Of a DNA stretch of 64,000 bases, positions 51,323 through 63,131 are shown in pieces. Location of the stretch: the NCBI GenBank assembly GCA_030295235.1, contig AP026129.1:124001-188000 (forward strand). Reading direction: 5' to 3'. Under the pieces are notes generated by a model, which did not search any database, was not told the origin of the DNA, and worked only from the letters and a program-made list of their open reading frames with translations. The DNA is from Fistulifera solaris (lineage: Eukaryota). Positions within the stretch are counted from its first letter, which is position 1. Every line of letters begins with the position of its first letter. Position numbers and translations under genes: made by a program.

Positions 51323-51874
51323 AACTGTTTCTTGTTTCTGATTGTTTACCAGTATGTTGTGAATCCGGTTGCGTTCTCTCTAGCTTATGAGAGATAGAGA
51401 GAATTAAATTCACCTTATGAAGGAAAAGAAGAAAAGACACCTGGAACCGTTTTTAATTAAGTGTCTGGTTCGTGTTTCTTCGGAAAAGGGAGGCAGGTTC
51501 TTCTTCGTCAACGACAAATCAATGGCTGGCTATTTTAATGCCACTCTGTGTAGCACAGTATCTTTTTGGAGGACCGGTATTAAGACAACGAGAAAGGCAA
51601 AACCGCAATGACATGGCCTAGAGGTGAACACTTTTTGCGCGATTTTTGGGTGGGAAGATTTTTGGGACTTCATATTCATTTCGTCGTGTTGATGTGGTGA
51701 TGTGTTGTTGTTGTTGTTGTTGTTGTTGAAAATTAATGACTCCGTATCCGTATGGATAAGCAATTATAGTGTAGCAACTCTGACATCTTACTCTCCTTTA
51801 CAAGTTTGAACTCCTATAACACGAGCAGAGCGATTAATCTTCGAGCGAAAGCAGTCTACACGGAAACAACAAGA

Positions 51875-52125
51875 ATGATTATTGATGCCAAGGCGATCGT
51901 CTTTACTCTTCTAATAGTAAGCTTCGGAGCATATTTTGCGTTGAAAGTCATCCGTGCGTTTGCTCTGCAAATCGCAAGAGAAAATCATGACGCTATAATG
52001 GCACTCGATCAAACAGAAGAACAAGAACGGAAAGGAGAGTGGCGGCAGCAGATGCCGCAGAGAAAATGGCGTTTGCGAAAGTGCAGCCAATATTGACAAA
52101 CCCTACGGAGGCAAACGCTATATAG
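51875..52125 (+). CDS. Small single-pass membrane protein; probable frameshift near 52030
   Basis: MIIDAKAIVFTLLIVSFGAYFALKVIR TM helix then charged helix; the shifted frame continues RRVAAADAAEKMAF to TAG. Confidence 0.5.
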
Positions 52126-52227
52126 AAGAAACTCCTTATATAGAAGGAGCACTCTGGTTGTTGTATCTTTTACATAAACTATACAAAGAAAAAAAACGTT
52201 ATGGGGTCGGAAAAGTATGAATTATAG

Positions 52228-55200
52228 CTATAACACAGGTAAATTCGTTCTGCAGATAGGGCATTCCATTTTCACATCCATCCACTGCACGAGACACTCG
52301 CGATGAAACAAATGATTGCAAGGAGCCAGCATATACTCGGATCGTTTTTGAATATCAATGCCTTCGTAACAGATACTGCACTCCAAGCCGTGCACCAAAC
52401 TTGCATTCGAAACAGCTGTTGTTGATCCGACCAAAGGACTGCCATTCAGACCAGTTCTGTGTTGTTCCGTTGTCATTACGCCCTCTGCTCGTGATACAGC
52501 GCGATTCCCTCGCATACGATTCCGAGTGGTCATGGCTGTTTTGTGTCTTCCGCTAGGCGGACCGCTGGACAAAGATTGCTCTATGGAATAGTGAGGCGCT
52601 GCATCACGGTCTTCCATCGATTCTGTAGCAGGAACATGCGGATCCAGAGCACCAGGCGGTAACATCGAAGCGGGGATGGGTCGACTGTAGTCGAATTTTG
52701 GCGGAAGACATCTTGCTGGTATCATAAATCGAGCACCATACTTGCGTTGTCCGTACAAAACCGCTGTCTGGAGACCAACCCAAAGCACCAACAGATTGCA
52801 GGTAAAAGTATCATGCGGGGCTTCTGGATACACCTCTTTCAAAAAGTTGTTTCGAATAGCAAAAAAGTATAGAGGAGCGAAAAGACGCGATATGCTCATA
52901 CCCAATATGTAGGAGTTGTGCAACGGAGTCTTGGCCTCCGTATAGATATTCATGATGATCTGAGGGACCCAGAATGAGAACAATGCCAATATGTATAGAG
53001 CTCGATACTTGTCGTTGACGTAGAAGAATAGCACAAAAGTTCCGGCCAAGACAGTATAAAACCTCACGTGAAGTAATGCGATTTGCCGTCTCAGAACGTC
53101 CATCGGCTGGCCACCGTTTGAACTGTTTCGGGCTTGAATAATAATTGCCATGTACTTCATTTGAATAACACAAAAGATTAAAAGCTTGAAAAAAGCAACA
53201 CTGGCAAATGCAGAAAATAGAGGCTGAATGGACAAGCTCATGTAAATATGCATTATGCACAGGAGTGCGTCCAGCAGTGTCTGCCAGCCGACACAGAGGA
53301 TCGAGACGCGTGTTGCTGCAGAAACGCCCTGAGAGTGAAGAACTTGCCTCAACAAAACCAGCATTTGTGTTAAACATATCAGCATCATCACAAATGAGTA
53401 GTTGATCGCTTTGCTTGTCGCGGTCTCCCAATCTGTTCGGAGCGCCGTTGCGTTTAGTGCTGCAGTAAAGTTACAATTCGTCGAATGAATAGTACCCACG
53501 AGTGTCATAACAACAGCCTGGTCTTGAATTGGTTTACCCCAAGATCCACGTAGATATATTGGCGTATCTGTCGTATCATAATTGTCTTCTGTATCGTCCT
53601 TTTGCAGTGGGTTCAACCGTTTGGTATCCATTACTTTTCGACTGACGAGCTGTCTCCAAGCCCCTACAGTCCAATCCACCGTTCCGACATCAAGGCTGAT
53701 TTCGAAGCCACATCCTGCTGCATTTTGTTCCAAGTCTTTTTCCCGCGCCGGCATTTCCCTGGCAGCAGGCGTCTTCACACGTCTTATCGTTTCTTTCGCA
53801 TCATCTCGAACAAATGGGTACGGCAATACAGCGTCGGACCAACCAGATGTTGCCTGAAGGTGACGATCTTGGGTGCTCGTGCGACCCGGAGAATTTTTCA
53901 GCTGCTGTAAGGCGCGTTCGTCAGTCAAAGCTTTCAACGCTACTACATGTTCCTGTATAGATTCGACACTTTCTTCGGCAAAATCGCCGGCAGATACCAA
54001 ACTCCAGTCGACAACCCCCTTTCCTACCGACTCGGCGAAGAGAGCGTGAGCGTCCTCACGAATCGCATTCATGTCGGCGTCATCGAGTTTGTTAAGGGAT
54101 TCTTCCAGTCGACGCTTCACGGTTTCTCGTTCGTCTCCCGGCACATACATGACAGTCTGAGAAACTTCGGTAGTTGATACAAGCGAGAGACGACCAATCG
54201 AATGTATCACCACACCCCGCACGCGAAGCAAAATGTCTTTTCTCGTAGAATACCCGATACTGTTTGAATCATATATTTTGATGAACCCATCCACCAGGCT
54301 GAGTTCTTTCATGGCCGGAACGGATCGAGAGAAGAATTGAAAAACCGCACGACCCGAATCTTGTGTCAATGGTATCGCCACGGGAAGGTCACTGGATGGT
54401 GGTGCCACGTTAGAATCCGACCGGACGATCGCATTGTGTCCGTCGGTTCTCAAGTCTTCCCATTTCATCGATGTCAAATTGTTATCGTTTCTCATTTGTA
54501 CTTGCATACCGTCACGAAGAAGGAAAACACCTAATCGATCTCCGTGCAGCATGGCTATTTTCTCCATCGGTTCTTCCAGTGATTTTGCGTCGTAAACAAC
54601 AGTAGCCACTGGTTGTGATGTTGAGTTTCGACTCTGTTTCGTGATGGGATGCTGTTCGCCCGACTCCAAGGACTGATTGAAGGGTAACCGCATCCACTGT
54701 CCCCGATAAAAGCCTGTGGCATTCCAGGGATAATGAAATACTTTCCGAGCGTCATCAGGATCACTATCCGAACCAGGCTGAAAACGACTCGAACGCTTGG
54801 CACTTTCCGGAAACTGATCCTTCTCTTGTTCGGCTCGCTGTTCGGCCCAATGATAGACACTGCTTTCCAAATCCTCTTTTCCGTTCATCTCTACTAATGC
54901 CGCATACCGCTTGTGACCTTTGACATAGGACCGAATGCGCTGTTCTTGTACTTGCCTGGATTGAAAGACGTCTGCGTCTAATTTCTGCATTTTACCCCAT
55001 TCTTTTTGCGATCGTTTGTGCATAGCATTCTTTCGCTGCTGTCCTTCTTCTCCGTCCATTAGAAGCAACATCACCAAAAACATCATAAATAGACGTATTG
55101 TGCGCTGCCTTCGTTCACGTTCTCGCCAAATTGCCGTGAAACTTTCATCATTCATGTTGTTATTGATGTTGTTGTTATTGATATTGTTGTTATTGTTGGT

Positions 55201-55263
55201 GGTGGTCAAATCGAACTCAAAGACTTCGAGATCGTCCGGTTGCGGTGGGTCGCCTATTTGCAT
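52228..55263 (-). CDS. Transmembrane E3 ubiquitin ligase Tul1/Dsc1/FLY-like
   Basis: Large lumenal region, about 7 TM helices (RVSILC, FASVAFFK, SFWVPQI, GMSISRL, YGARF.IP..LP..FDY) and C-terminal RING-H2 CSIC..YMLAPCNHLFHRECLVQWMDVKMECPICR. First ATG at 55263. Confidence 0.9.
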   Translation of the reverse strand: MQIGDPPQPDDLEVFEFDLTTTNNNNNINNNNINNNMNDESFTAIWRERERRQRTIRLFMMFLVMLLLMDGEEGQQRKNAMHKRSQKEWGKMQKLDADVFQSRQVQEQRIRSYVKGHKRYAALVEMNGKEDLESSVYHWAEQRAEQEKDQFPESAKRSSRFQPGSDSDPDDARKVFHYPWNATGFYRGQWMRLPFNQSLESGEQHPITKQSRNSTSQPVATVVYDAKSLEEPMEKIAMLHGDRLGVFLLRDGMQVQMRNDNNLTSMKWEDLRTDGHNAIVRSDSNVAPPSSDLPVAIPLTQDSGRAVFQFFSRSVPAMKELSLVDGFIKIYDSNSIGYSTRKDILLRVRGVVIHSIGRLSLVSTTEVSQTVMYVPGDERETVKRRLEESLNKLDDADMNAIREDAHALFAESVGKGVVDWSLVSAGDFAEESVESIQEHVVALKALTDERALQQLKNSPGRTSTQDRHLQATSGWSDAVLPYPFVRDDAKETIRRVKTPAAREMPAREKDLEQNAAGCGFEISLDVGTVDWTVGAWRQLVSRKVMDTKRLNPLQKDDTEDNYDTTDTPIYLRGSWGKPIQDQAVVMTLVGTIHSTNCNFTAALNATALRTDWETATSKAINYSFVMMLICLTQMLVLLRQVLHSQGVSAATRVSILCVGWQTLLDALLCIMHIYMSLSIQPLFSAFASVAFFKLLIFCVIQMKYMAIIIQARNSSNGGQPMDVLRRQIALLHVRFYTVLAGTFVLFFYVNDKYRALYILALFSFWVPQIIMNIYTEAKTPLHNSYILGMSISRLFAPLYFFAIRNNFLKEVYPEAPHDTFTCNLLVLWVGLQTAVLYGQRKYGARFMIPARCLPPKFDYSRPIPASMLPPGALDPHVPATESMEDRDAAPHYSIEQSLSSGPPSGRHKTAMTTRNRMRGNRAVSRAEGVMTTEQHRTGLNGSPLVGSTTAVSNASLVHGLECSICYEGIDIQKRSEYMLAPCNHLFHRECLVQWMDVKMECPICRTNLPVL

Positions 55264-55692
55264 TGTGAATGTTTGTCGTAAGAATAAAGTTGAAAGTAAG
55301 GCGTGAAGTCCGTCTGGAAAGGTTGATTGATTCGATTTGCTGGAAAAAAGCAAGGATAGTAAACAAATATTATAAAGAGAATAAATGATGAATGATGAAT
55401 GATGATGGAATGCAGTGTTCGTTTCGTTTGTTTTTGACGTTACCTATGTTGCGTCAAATGGCGATCGCCGTTCCGTGTCCCGTGTTATCTTTTCAGCAGT
55501 AGACATGAAATGAACCGGTACTCAATCACGAATATTAAGCACAAGCTTCTTGTCGTTCTGTGGTTTGAAATTTATTTATCAGGCCATTACTACCTGGTAC
55601 CAGGTTGCCATAAGCCATAATCAAATACTGACTGTTGTTACCATGAATCATCTCTACAATCAATACGTAACACATATTTCATTATTATATAC

Positions 55693-56199
55693 TCAAGTAA
55701 GCTGATTGTTCTCTTTGACTTGCTTGTATTTGAGGGGATCGGCTTTTCCTAAAGGATTCGCCCGCGCCCACTCTTGAATCTCATCCACAATCGTTCCTTT
55801 CAATTCATCGGGAACAGGCAAACGCAATGTTATAATGTTGTAAATATCAATCGTTTCTTGGTTCACAAATGATTCGTACTCATCGAGTTGTTGCGCCGAC
55901 AATTGCGGAACATTCTGGTGGGCCCAAGTTCCCAACAATAAGTCGACTTCCAACCATCCGCGTTGCTTGGAACGATAAATCAATCGCTTACGACGGACTT
56001 GTAGTTCTTCTTCTTTGTCGGTTAGATTCGGAAGACGCGTGTGCGATGTCATGATGGCTTCGGCACGGGGCAGTGCTACTTGTAAGAGTGCTTCTTCGCG
56101 CGACGAAAGTGTGGGAGTGCCTTCTCCGGCTTGACCGCGATACGTACGAAATGCCAGTCGGCGGGTGTAGGTTCGTAGCAACGGAAGGGACTTGAACAT
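55693..56199 (-). CDS. SDHAF2: Succinate dehydrogenase assembly factor 2 (Sdh5), mitochondrial
   Basis: Arg-rich presequence; RRKRLIYRSKQRGWLEVDLLLG signature. Confidence 0.93.
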   Translation of the reverse strand: MFKSLPLLRTYTRRLAFRTYRGQAGEGTPTLSSREEALLQVALPRAEAIMTSHTRLPNLTDKEEELQVRRKRLIYRSKQRGWLEVDLLLGTWAHQNVPQLSAQQLDEYESFVNQETIDIYNIITLRLPVPDELKGTIVDEIQEWARANPLGKADPLKYKQVKENNQLT

Positions 56200-56317
56200 T
56201 GTATCGTTTTATTTTGTTACGATCAAACGATTTTATATATGTGGCGAATGCTTTTGGAATGAAACCAACCCAAAAGAAAAGAAGTGTGGCAGCGCAGCAC
56301 TTTTTGCTGACGCGGTC

Positions 56318-56481
56318 AGCGAGAGCATTATACAGCGGATTCAAAACTTCTCTATCGAATGTTATGTAGTCTTGAGCGAGAGCATTATACAGCGGATTCA
56401 AAACTTCTCTATGGAATTTTATGTAGTCTTGAGCGAGAGCATTATACAGCGGATTCAAAACTTCTCTATAGAATGTTATGT
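56318..56481. repeat. 57-bp tandem repeat, about 2.9 near-identical copies
   Basis: AGCGAGAGCATTATACAGCGGATTCAAAACTTCTCTAT... starts at 56318, 56375 and 56432. Confidence 0.95.
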
Positions 56482-56619
56482 GGACTTCCTCGGTGGGACG
56501 CATTTTTTTAATAATACGGAGTATTGGCCAAACAACGTTTTTCTCAACATCTTTTTCCTTTCGACCCTCTTCGACCATGATGACAAAAAACTCACCAGTA
56601 TCTTAAAAAAACAATACGC

Positions 56620-58619
56620 ATGATAGGTTCTCGGAAACATGCTGTTCTCAGACTCTCTCTTGTTCTGTTCGTTCATTTCAGTCGTAGCGTGAGTGTGTTT
56701 GGTAACGAAGACGAAGAAGAGGAAGAAGGAGAAGAAGAACAAAACAATGACTTCTTGTATGCTTCAGAGGACGCTCTGCCGGTGATAGAATATCAGAATA
56801 AAGACGACGGAGAGCAGCAAAGTCATCCCGACTTTCTCTATGAATCCAGCAATATCCCTCGTCTTGTTGTACGTGCCTCTTGAAGAAAACGCAATCTGGT
56901 GTTGTCCCTTTTTCTTGTCGCTCATACTCTTCGGCCTTGTCGCTCAACTCTTTCTGCCATTCATCGTCCCTAACAAAAGGAATTTTACGCTCCCTGGTGT
57001 CCTCATGTAAGTCCCAAGAAATGAAATGACCCTCGGGCTCAAAATTTCAAGGCGACATATCTCAAAAGATTTTTCGTCCCTATTGGGCAGTGTCAACATT
57101 TCCGAAATCATTTCGTCGAATTCGCCAGACAGGTCAATGCCGTGACAGAAGAAGCCGGATCGGAGTCCATTGAATTTCATGCCGTATCATGTGTCGCACA
57201 TAAGTCGATTTGTCGTGGTATGTTTGCTGTTTGCTTATCGTAGTTCTATGTAAGGGGCGTCACGAAATGGGGATTCTCACACGACCATTGTTCATTATTT
57301 CTCAGATTTCTCTATTAAAGGATATCCACGGCTCCTTCTTTGTAGGTTTCCTTGATCAATTTCCTTTTGTACTGCGCACGTGACGTTGCTCACACACTTG
57401 TCTATAGTTCCAGCAGGAGTCCGGAAAGAGAATGCCATCGACATGAACTATTGGGAGCTCCATCCGTTTGATCTGCTCAATCGTCTGGGGATTCAAGTTG
57501 AGGAAATGCACTTAGGTTCTATCGTAGATGCTATTCCTCCGGCAGCTCAACTGAAAGGATCAGAAAACAGAATTCAGCCAACAATTCGACGTACAAAGCA
57601 AGATATTTACAATGAAGCATACTTGGCTTTCGACTTTAGTTTACGAAACGGCGTATTCACTTCGAACGACCCCTTGACGACTAACACAAAACAAGCATTG
57701 CACGAGTGGCTGGAACTTTTACGACGATCGCTTCCTCCCGTTTGGAAAATTCATCGCATCATTCGTGCACTTTTGGACGACTTTGAACGGGCCACGACTG
57801 GCGAGAAACAATTGCTCCGAATCATGGATCAGTTACCACCACCACCCGTCAAAGTCTGGTCTGACTTCTGCACCAAAGGAATTGCAGGAATGGGATATAC
57901 CTGTGGCCTCTGGGGTCTCTTTCATATCATGTCGGTAGGTATCGTTGAATGGAACATGATGTTGGATGAAGAGCAAGGTGATATGGCTCTATCTCCAATC
58001 AACGCAGCTAACGTGCTGCGCGACTTCATCGCTAATTTCTTCGGCTGTGAAGTGTGCCGGACCAATTTCCTTGCATCTTTTGATGATTGTGCATTTGATC
58101 GATGTAACCGGCTCACGGAGGACGATCTAGACTATGAACATTGGATACAATTTCCGATTTGGCTCCACGACATGCACAATGGAGTAAATTTGCGCCTGGT
58201 GAGAGAAGCTGCGGAGCGAGAAGGTAGCACTCTGTCTCATATCGACGAAACACGCTCTCAGTGGCCTTCTCAATCAGATTGCCCCAAGTGCTGGTATGAA
58301 GATGGTTCACGTGATGAATGGATCTACAAGTTCCTACGAGTGGAATATTGGTATGTGATCATGGCGTTTTTGATGAATGTATCAGCATTACTTAAAGGCA
58401 CTCTATTGCAGGCCGGATGACTTTCTAACCACCGACTATAAAGCTGCTCTTGTGGAAATGTCTCATGATGAGATAGTCGATGATGATGTTTCAACCCCGC
58501 CCCCGCTTCACCGTTCTTGGACCCTTCCAGCAATTGTTTTTCTAGCTATGGTCGCTTTCTTGCGGTTCAAGAAAATGAAGCGCTTCAGAACGGGAAGACA
58601 CAAGAAGATAGATTCGTGA
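56620..58619 (+). CDS. Quiescin sulfhydryl oxidase (QSOX)-like: thioredoxin + Erv/Alr FAD domain + C-terminal TM, paralogue 1, five introns
   Basis: Signal peptide; spliced EFYAPWCPH/CQHF; HAVSC; GYP; YTCGLWGLFH; FFGCEVC; WLHDMHNGVNLRL; WPSQSDCPKC. Introns start at about 56869, 57007, 57218, 57342 and 58351. Confidence 0.88.
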
Positions 58620-58678
58620 CCGATCTCTTGTCAAACAATAGCACGATGATGATCATCGTAACAGGAAATAAATTGACA

Positions 58679-60846
58679 TTACAATTTGCGTTTCTTGGGT
58701 GCCACCTGTGGGCCAAGATTCTTCGCTAGCCATAATGATCGCTGAATATGGGGTGTTGAAATGCTTGTCTGCAGAAAATAGAAGAGAACGATCAAAGCTG
58801 TTGCCAAGAAATACATCAACCCTCGATTCGCAGGAGTGTCACCTTCAAACCAAATTAGACCGTTGTCCATGTGATCAAAGTCGAAGTCGAAATCAGGCCT
58901 GAAGACTCAGTGTTAGAGATAGTTACCTGGTATTTGAATTTCACATAGAATATACAATCCTTACCAGTAGGTCTCTTCCAAATGTCGAAACACGGCTGCC
59001 TCGTTCCAAGTACCGTCAATGTTGAAACAAACGAGACAATCCCCCATGTCAGGCCACAACGCCTCAATTGTTGTTTCAGGAGAAGCGATACCTGGACCAG
59101 CACCCGCGCGACTGAGAAACGCCTTTTGCTTTTTCTTCAGTTCCGCATCAGCCGCTTCATTTACAAGTTCCACATTCAGCGAGTTGTGAACTTCCCAAAA
59201 CCACATGGCAAACTCTTTCCAGTCCTCGTCCGACGCACTGTACGTGTCGCTCGAAAGTCGGACGCAACGACGGTGTTTCTCGCAGTCGTCGTAGTCCTCC
59301 AGGAAGGATTGAGCGCATTCTTCGCAGTGAAAGAAATGAGCAATATAGTCGCGCACTGTGTCCGCTGCTTCTTCGGGAGAAAATGTTCTTGTGCCAACCG
59401 GACGCGCTTCGATGTCAATCAAATTCAGGCCGCCTCTGTGTTCCGCAATACCGACCGAAATGACGTGAAACAATCTCCAGTAACCACAACCTAATTTTGC
59501 GGGTAGTGTTTTATTCTTGATCCCACAGGTCGGACTAAAATACTTCCTTCGGATCTGATATCGGTCGACTACTTCTTTCATATTTTCGAAACGCTCCGAG
59601 ATGTATGCTATATTCTGGCGTAGGTCGTAAATGAGAGAATGAAGAGCCCATTCGGGTGGCAAGGAGATGTCTAGCAAGTCCAACCAGTTGGTCAACGCTT
59701 TCTGTTTCGCCGGTGTCAGCGACCCACCCTTTTGAAGACGCTAAACGTCAGACCGTGCCAGATCGCCATGGTGCAATCCAGAATGAGTTGCTCTTCGGCG
59801 CCCATGCGAACGACGCGCTTTACAGCTGGAATTCGTTCCACAAGTTTTGTTTTAGTAACATCTTTTTGAAAAGCGGGTTTACCAAGAGGAATACCAGGAC
59901 CCGCATCAAAGACAATTTTGTTGTTCTTCTTTTTTGCTGTTTCATAAAGTTTATATATTTGCGTTTGCGTTCAAGGAATTCCGCTGTCTGCACTTTGTTT
60001 CCTTTCATGGTAGGCGTGGCTCCTTCATCTTCATCAATGGGCATAACGGGCGGCCCTTTTTTGTTTCCAGCCCCTTTGACTCCCCTTCGGCTTTTGTTTC
60101 TGCATCTTGACTTTCATCTGATCTTTGAATTTATCCATGTCACGCTGACGATTCTTCGCCAGTGCTGCTCCAGCCTTGGGACGCGGGGGAGAGTTGTTTG
60201 CAAGATCGTCGTCATCGTCGGACGGCTTGTGGCTATCTTTCGTGTCAATGCCACTGTCTTCGTCAGCCGGGCTTTTCTCAATCACTTCTCTCGCAGTATT
60301 CGACAGGACTTTTGATTCTGATAGTATATCTTCGGGAGGGTTCGGTCCAATAGGTCGAGTAGGCAAAAGCTTATTGATATTATCCCATTTCAATTCCGGT
60401 TGGCCGAGCGCAACAGCATTGTCTTTGAGGGGTTCGGCCCCTGGTGGTACAACGAACATAGACGGGACACCGCGTATAGCCCATTTCGAGCACAATTCCC
60501 TGTGCACAGCGCACGAAACAGCCTTTACATGGATTTCATCTCCGTGTTCTGCCAGCAAAGTCTTGGCGGCTTCTATAAAATGTGGCTTGAACGCTATGCA
60601 ATGTCCCTAATAGAAAAAAAGGTGGGGGTTGAGAGAAACGTCGCGACTTACTTGCAGGGAACAGTTTAACTCAACTCGACAAGCGAAACTTACACAATAA
60701 GGGCTGTAGAACTCAATGAGCAAAATTTTGTTGTCGCTTTTCTCGAGTTCGCCAACATCTTCGACCTCAAGGACATCTTCGTAGAGGAACGTTTTGTCGG
60801 CCGAGCTCTTGGAGAGCAAAAGCAGCCAGAAAAACAATCGGAACAT
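58679..60846 (-). CDS. QSOX-like sulfhydryl oxidase, paralogue 2; introns 60607-60693 and 58899-58964; several frameshifts around 59700-60060
   Basis: Signal peptide; EFYSPYC/GHC; KAVSC; GVP; GCGYWRLFH; FFHCEEC; WFWEVHNSLN; WPDMGDCLVC; C-terminal TM. Confidence 0.85.
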
Positions 60847-61830
60847 CGCACCCTCAATACACAATACGTTCAAGAGTCTTTTCAAATCTTAGCGTGAGAA
60901 AAGAATTGCTTTCCCATCTAAACTCCGTTATTTTTTCGCTTTGTCCTTGCAAACGGTCTTTGTCGAGCATCCAGCATCCAGCCATCGAAGATGGAAACAG
61001 GCATGTTTCACCTTTCGACAAATGTATCGTACTGGCACTCATTCCAGCACACATGACAAAAACGTTGCACTTGCTTTGCCCTTACCAGGTACAGCTAGAG
61101 TCCAATGATCCACATAAATTCACCTCGAAAGCGTGTTCGTATTTGCAAACGATAATAGGCATCATTTTAAACGAAAGATACAACGCTGCAATGTCTACGT
61201 GAAATTCACGTTGGCCGCGTATAGGCTCGTAGGGGAATTGATCGACAGAGGGAGTACCCGGATATGGCAGCTACCATCGATGGCATGGTTACTAGAGAGT
61301 ACTTGTTGTACGAGGGACAGCAGCAATGAAAAACGTTTGCTAAAAAATAAGGATACCCAAGCGAAACCGCAAACGAATACTCTACTAGAGAGCTACAATA
61401 CAATACAATACCATTTCGGGAACTTAGAACGCTGAATTTCTCGAGAGCAGTCAACATCAGTGAAGAGAATTCAACAATCAACAATCAACAATCAATAAGC
61501 AGATTCATTTCTTGCTGCAAGCTGTGATCTTCTATCGCAAGTCTCATCACCGTGGCCTGGAGAAGGACAAAAACCTTTTCAAGTGGCTGCTGTGTCGTTA
61601 CCTTGCTTGCTAAGTGATCCTTCCAGCTAGTATTTCAATTGCCTGTTCTACGTTCTTGTCTGCAATGACCTCTTTGTGCTGCTGAACAAATACGGCCAGG
61701 ACTATGGAGCACAATTACATTTGAATCTTTCCTTGTTGTGCTTTTATCATTATGGGAAAGAAAAGGATACTGATAGGTGTGCACGACCACGGCGTATGTC
61801 CATCAATCGATGTTTTCGGTAGATCGCTTC

Positions 61831-63131
61831 TTACAAGTTTCCCCGGGTTAGGCGTAAAAGATCATCCTGTCTCTGCTTCTCTCTCAGTAATTGCAACTGC
61901 AGATCCTGCAAGGTTAGTGGCCGTCCAAGCTGATCATATCGTGGTATCATGGATCCCAGTCTTTGTTGTCGACTAAATGGCGATGCTAGTGATGTATTTA
62001 TGTTTGGCAAACTGGTAGCGTACGAGGGTATTAGGTCTGGACCGTCATACAGGCTTCGCTGCATCGCGAAATCAAGCAATGAACGCCGTTCTGTCAGTAC
62101 TCTAGCGATTTGTATGTTCTGTTGTTGGATCAGTTCTTGTTGCTGCAGAATATTGTGCCGAACTAGAAACTCGGAGAGAGATGGTTGATTGAACTGTGTA
62201 TCAGTGACTATGAAGCTTGTTGGTTCAGTTCTGGCTGCATTGAACCCGCTTGCAAGAAAGTGTGTTGGTATTTCAATATTTTGGTTCGGTAAATTCAAGC
62301 CATGCGTATTGAGGTCATTTGTTGCAGCAGTATTCACTTGTTGATTCCGGATAAAAAGTTCCGATGGGGTCAGTCCAGCGCTCTCAACTATTGGAAGATT
62401 TCCACCTGGGGAAGAATCCTTGAGTCTAGTGTCTGAAGCAGAAGAGATGCCAGGTTTAGCATCTGCCTCTTGTTCCCTTGTCGTTTCGCACTCTTTCCCT
62501 GGTGGTAATTTACGCTTTCTTACGCCTTTTATCTGTTCCATGAGCTCAGGCTTCCCGCGAAGGAAGAAGTCGTGATAGTACTTGTGCGTGCCAGGAGGCA
62601 TGCTATCGTCTGCCACTCGTGAAAACCCGTGCCGTGTTAATCTACGGGCGAAACTATCGAACTTGGCACCCTGAAACTCTTTGTCCAAAACTTGCGATTG
62701 AAAGTTCGTTGGGTAAATACATATAGCATTTCCTGCTTCGTTCCACCAAATGACATTCTGATTTTGAGGATTTTCAATGATATGATATACTTTCTCTGGG
62801 AAAGTTCTCCCCGCTGCTCTTTTACGATGGCTCCCTTTCGCTCTTTGCAAAGTGCTGAGTGTCTCCTCTACGTGCGAGGCTTCACTTTTCCGAATTCTTG
62901 AAGGCGGCTTGCTCTTTTGGAAGCGACGCTCTCCGTCAATAAACTTTTTGGAGGAGACCTTCTCCGCGACTTCTTGGAAAGATGTTGCTCTGAAAGGTCA
63001 GGCAGATTTAGAATCCGCGTAGAATCAACAGTCGACAGCTTGAGAGAGGGGAACCTACCATTTCGCGCTCCCTGTTCGTTATCATATCGTATACCAGATT
63101 CCATGTCCGGACTATATGATCTTCGTTCCAT
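61831..63131 (-). CDS. Heat-shock-factor (HSF-type DNA-binding domain) transcription factor; probable frameshift near 62860
   Basis: TFPEKVY..I....IWW..G.A, F....FDSFARRLTRHGF, YYHDFFLRGKPEL; Gln-rich C-terminus. The upstream ORF 62868-63131 probably supplies the N-terminus. Confidence 0.88.

Noticed and set aside
55988..56623. ORFs of 196 aa (-) and 143 aa (+) with 19-aa repeats
   Set aside because: By-products of the 57-bp repeat; non-ATG or overlapping starts and overlap with SDHAF2.
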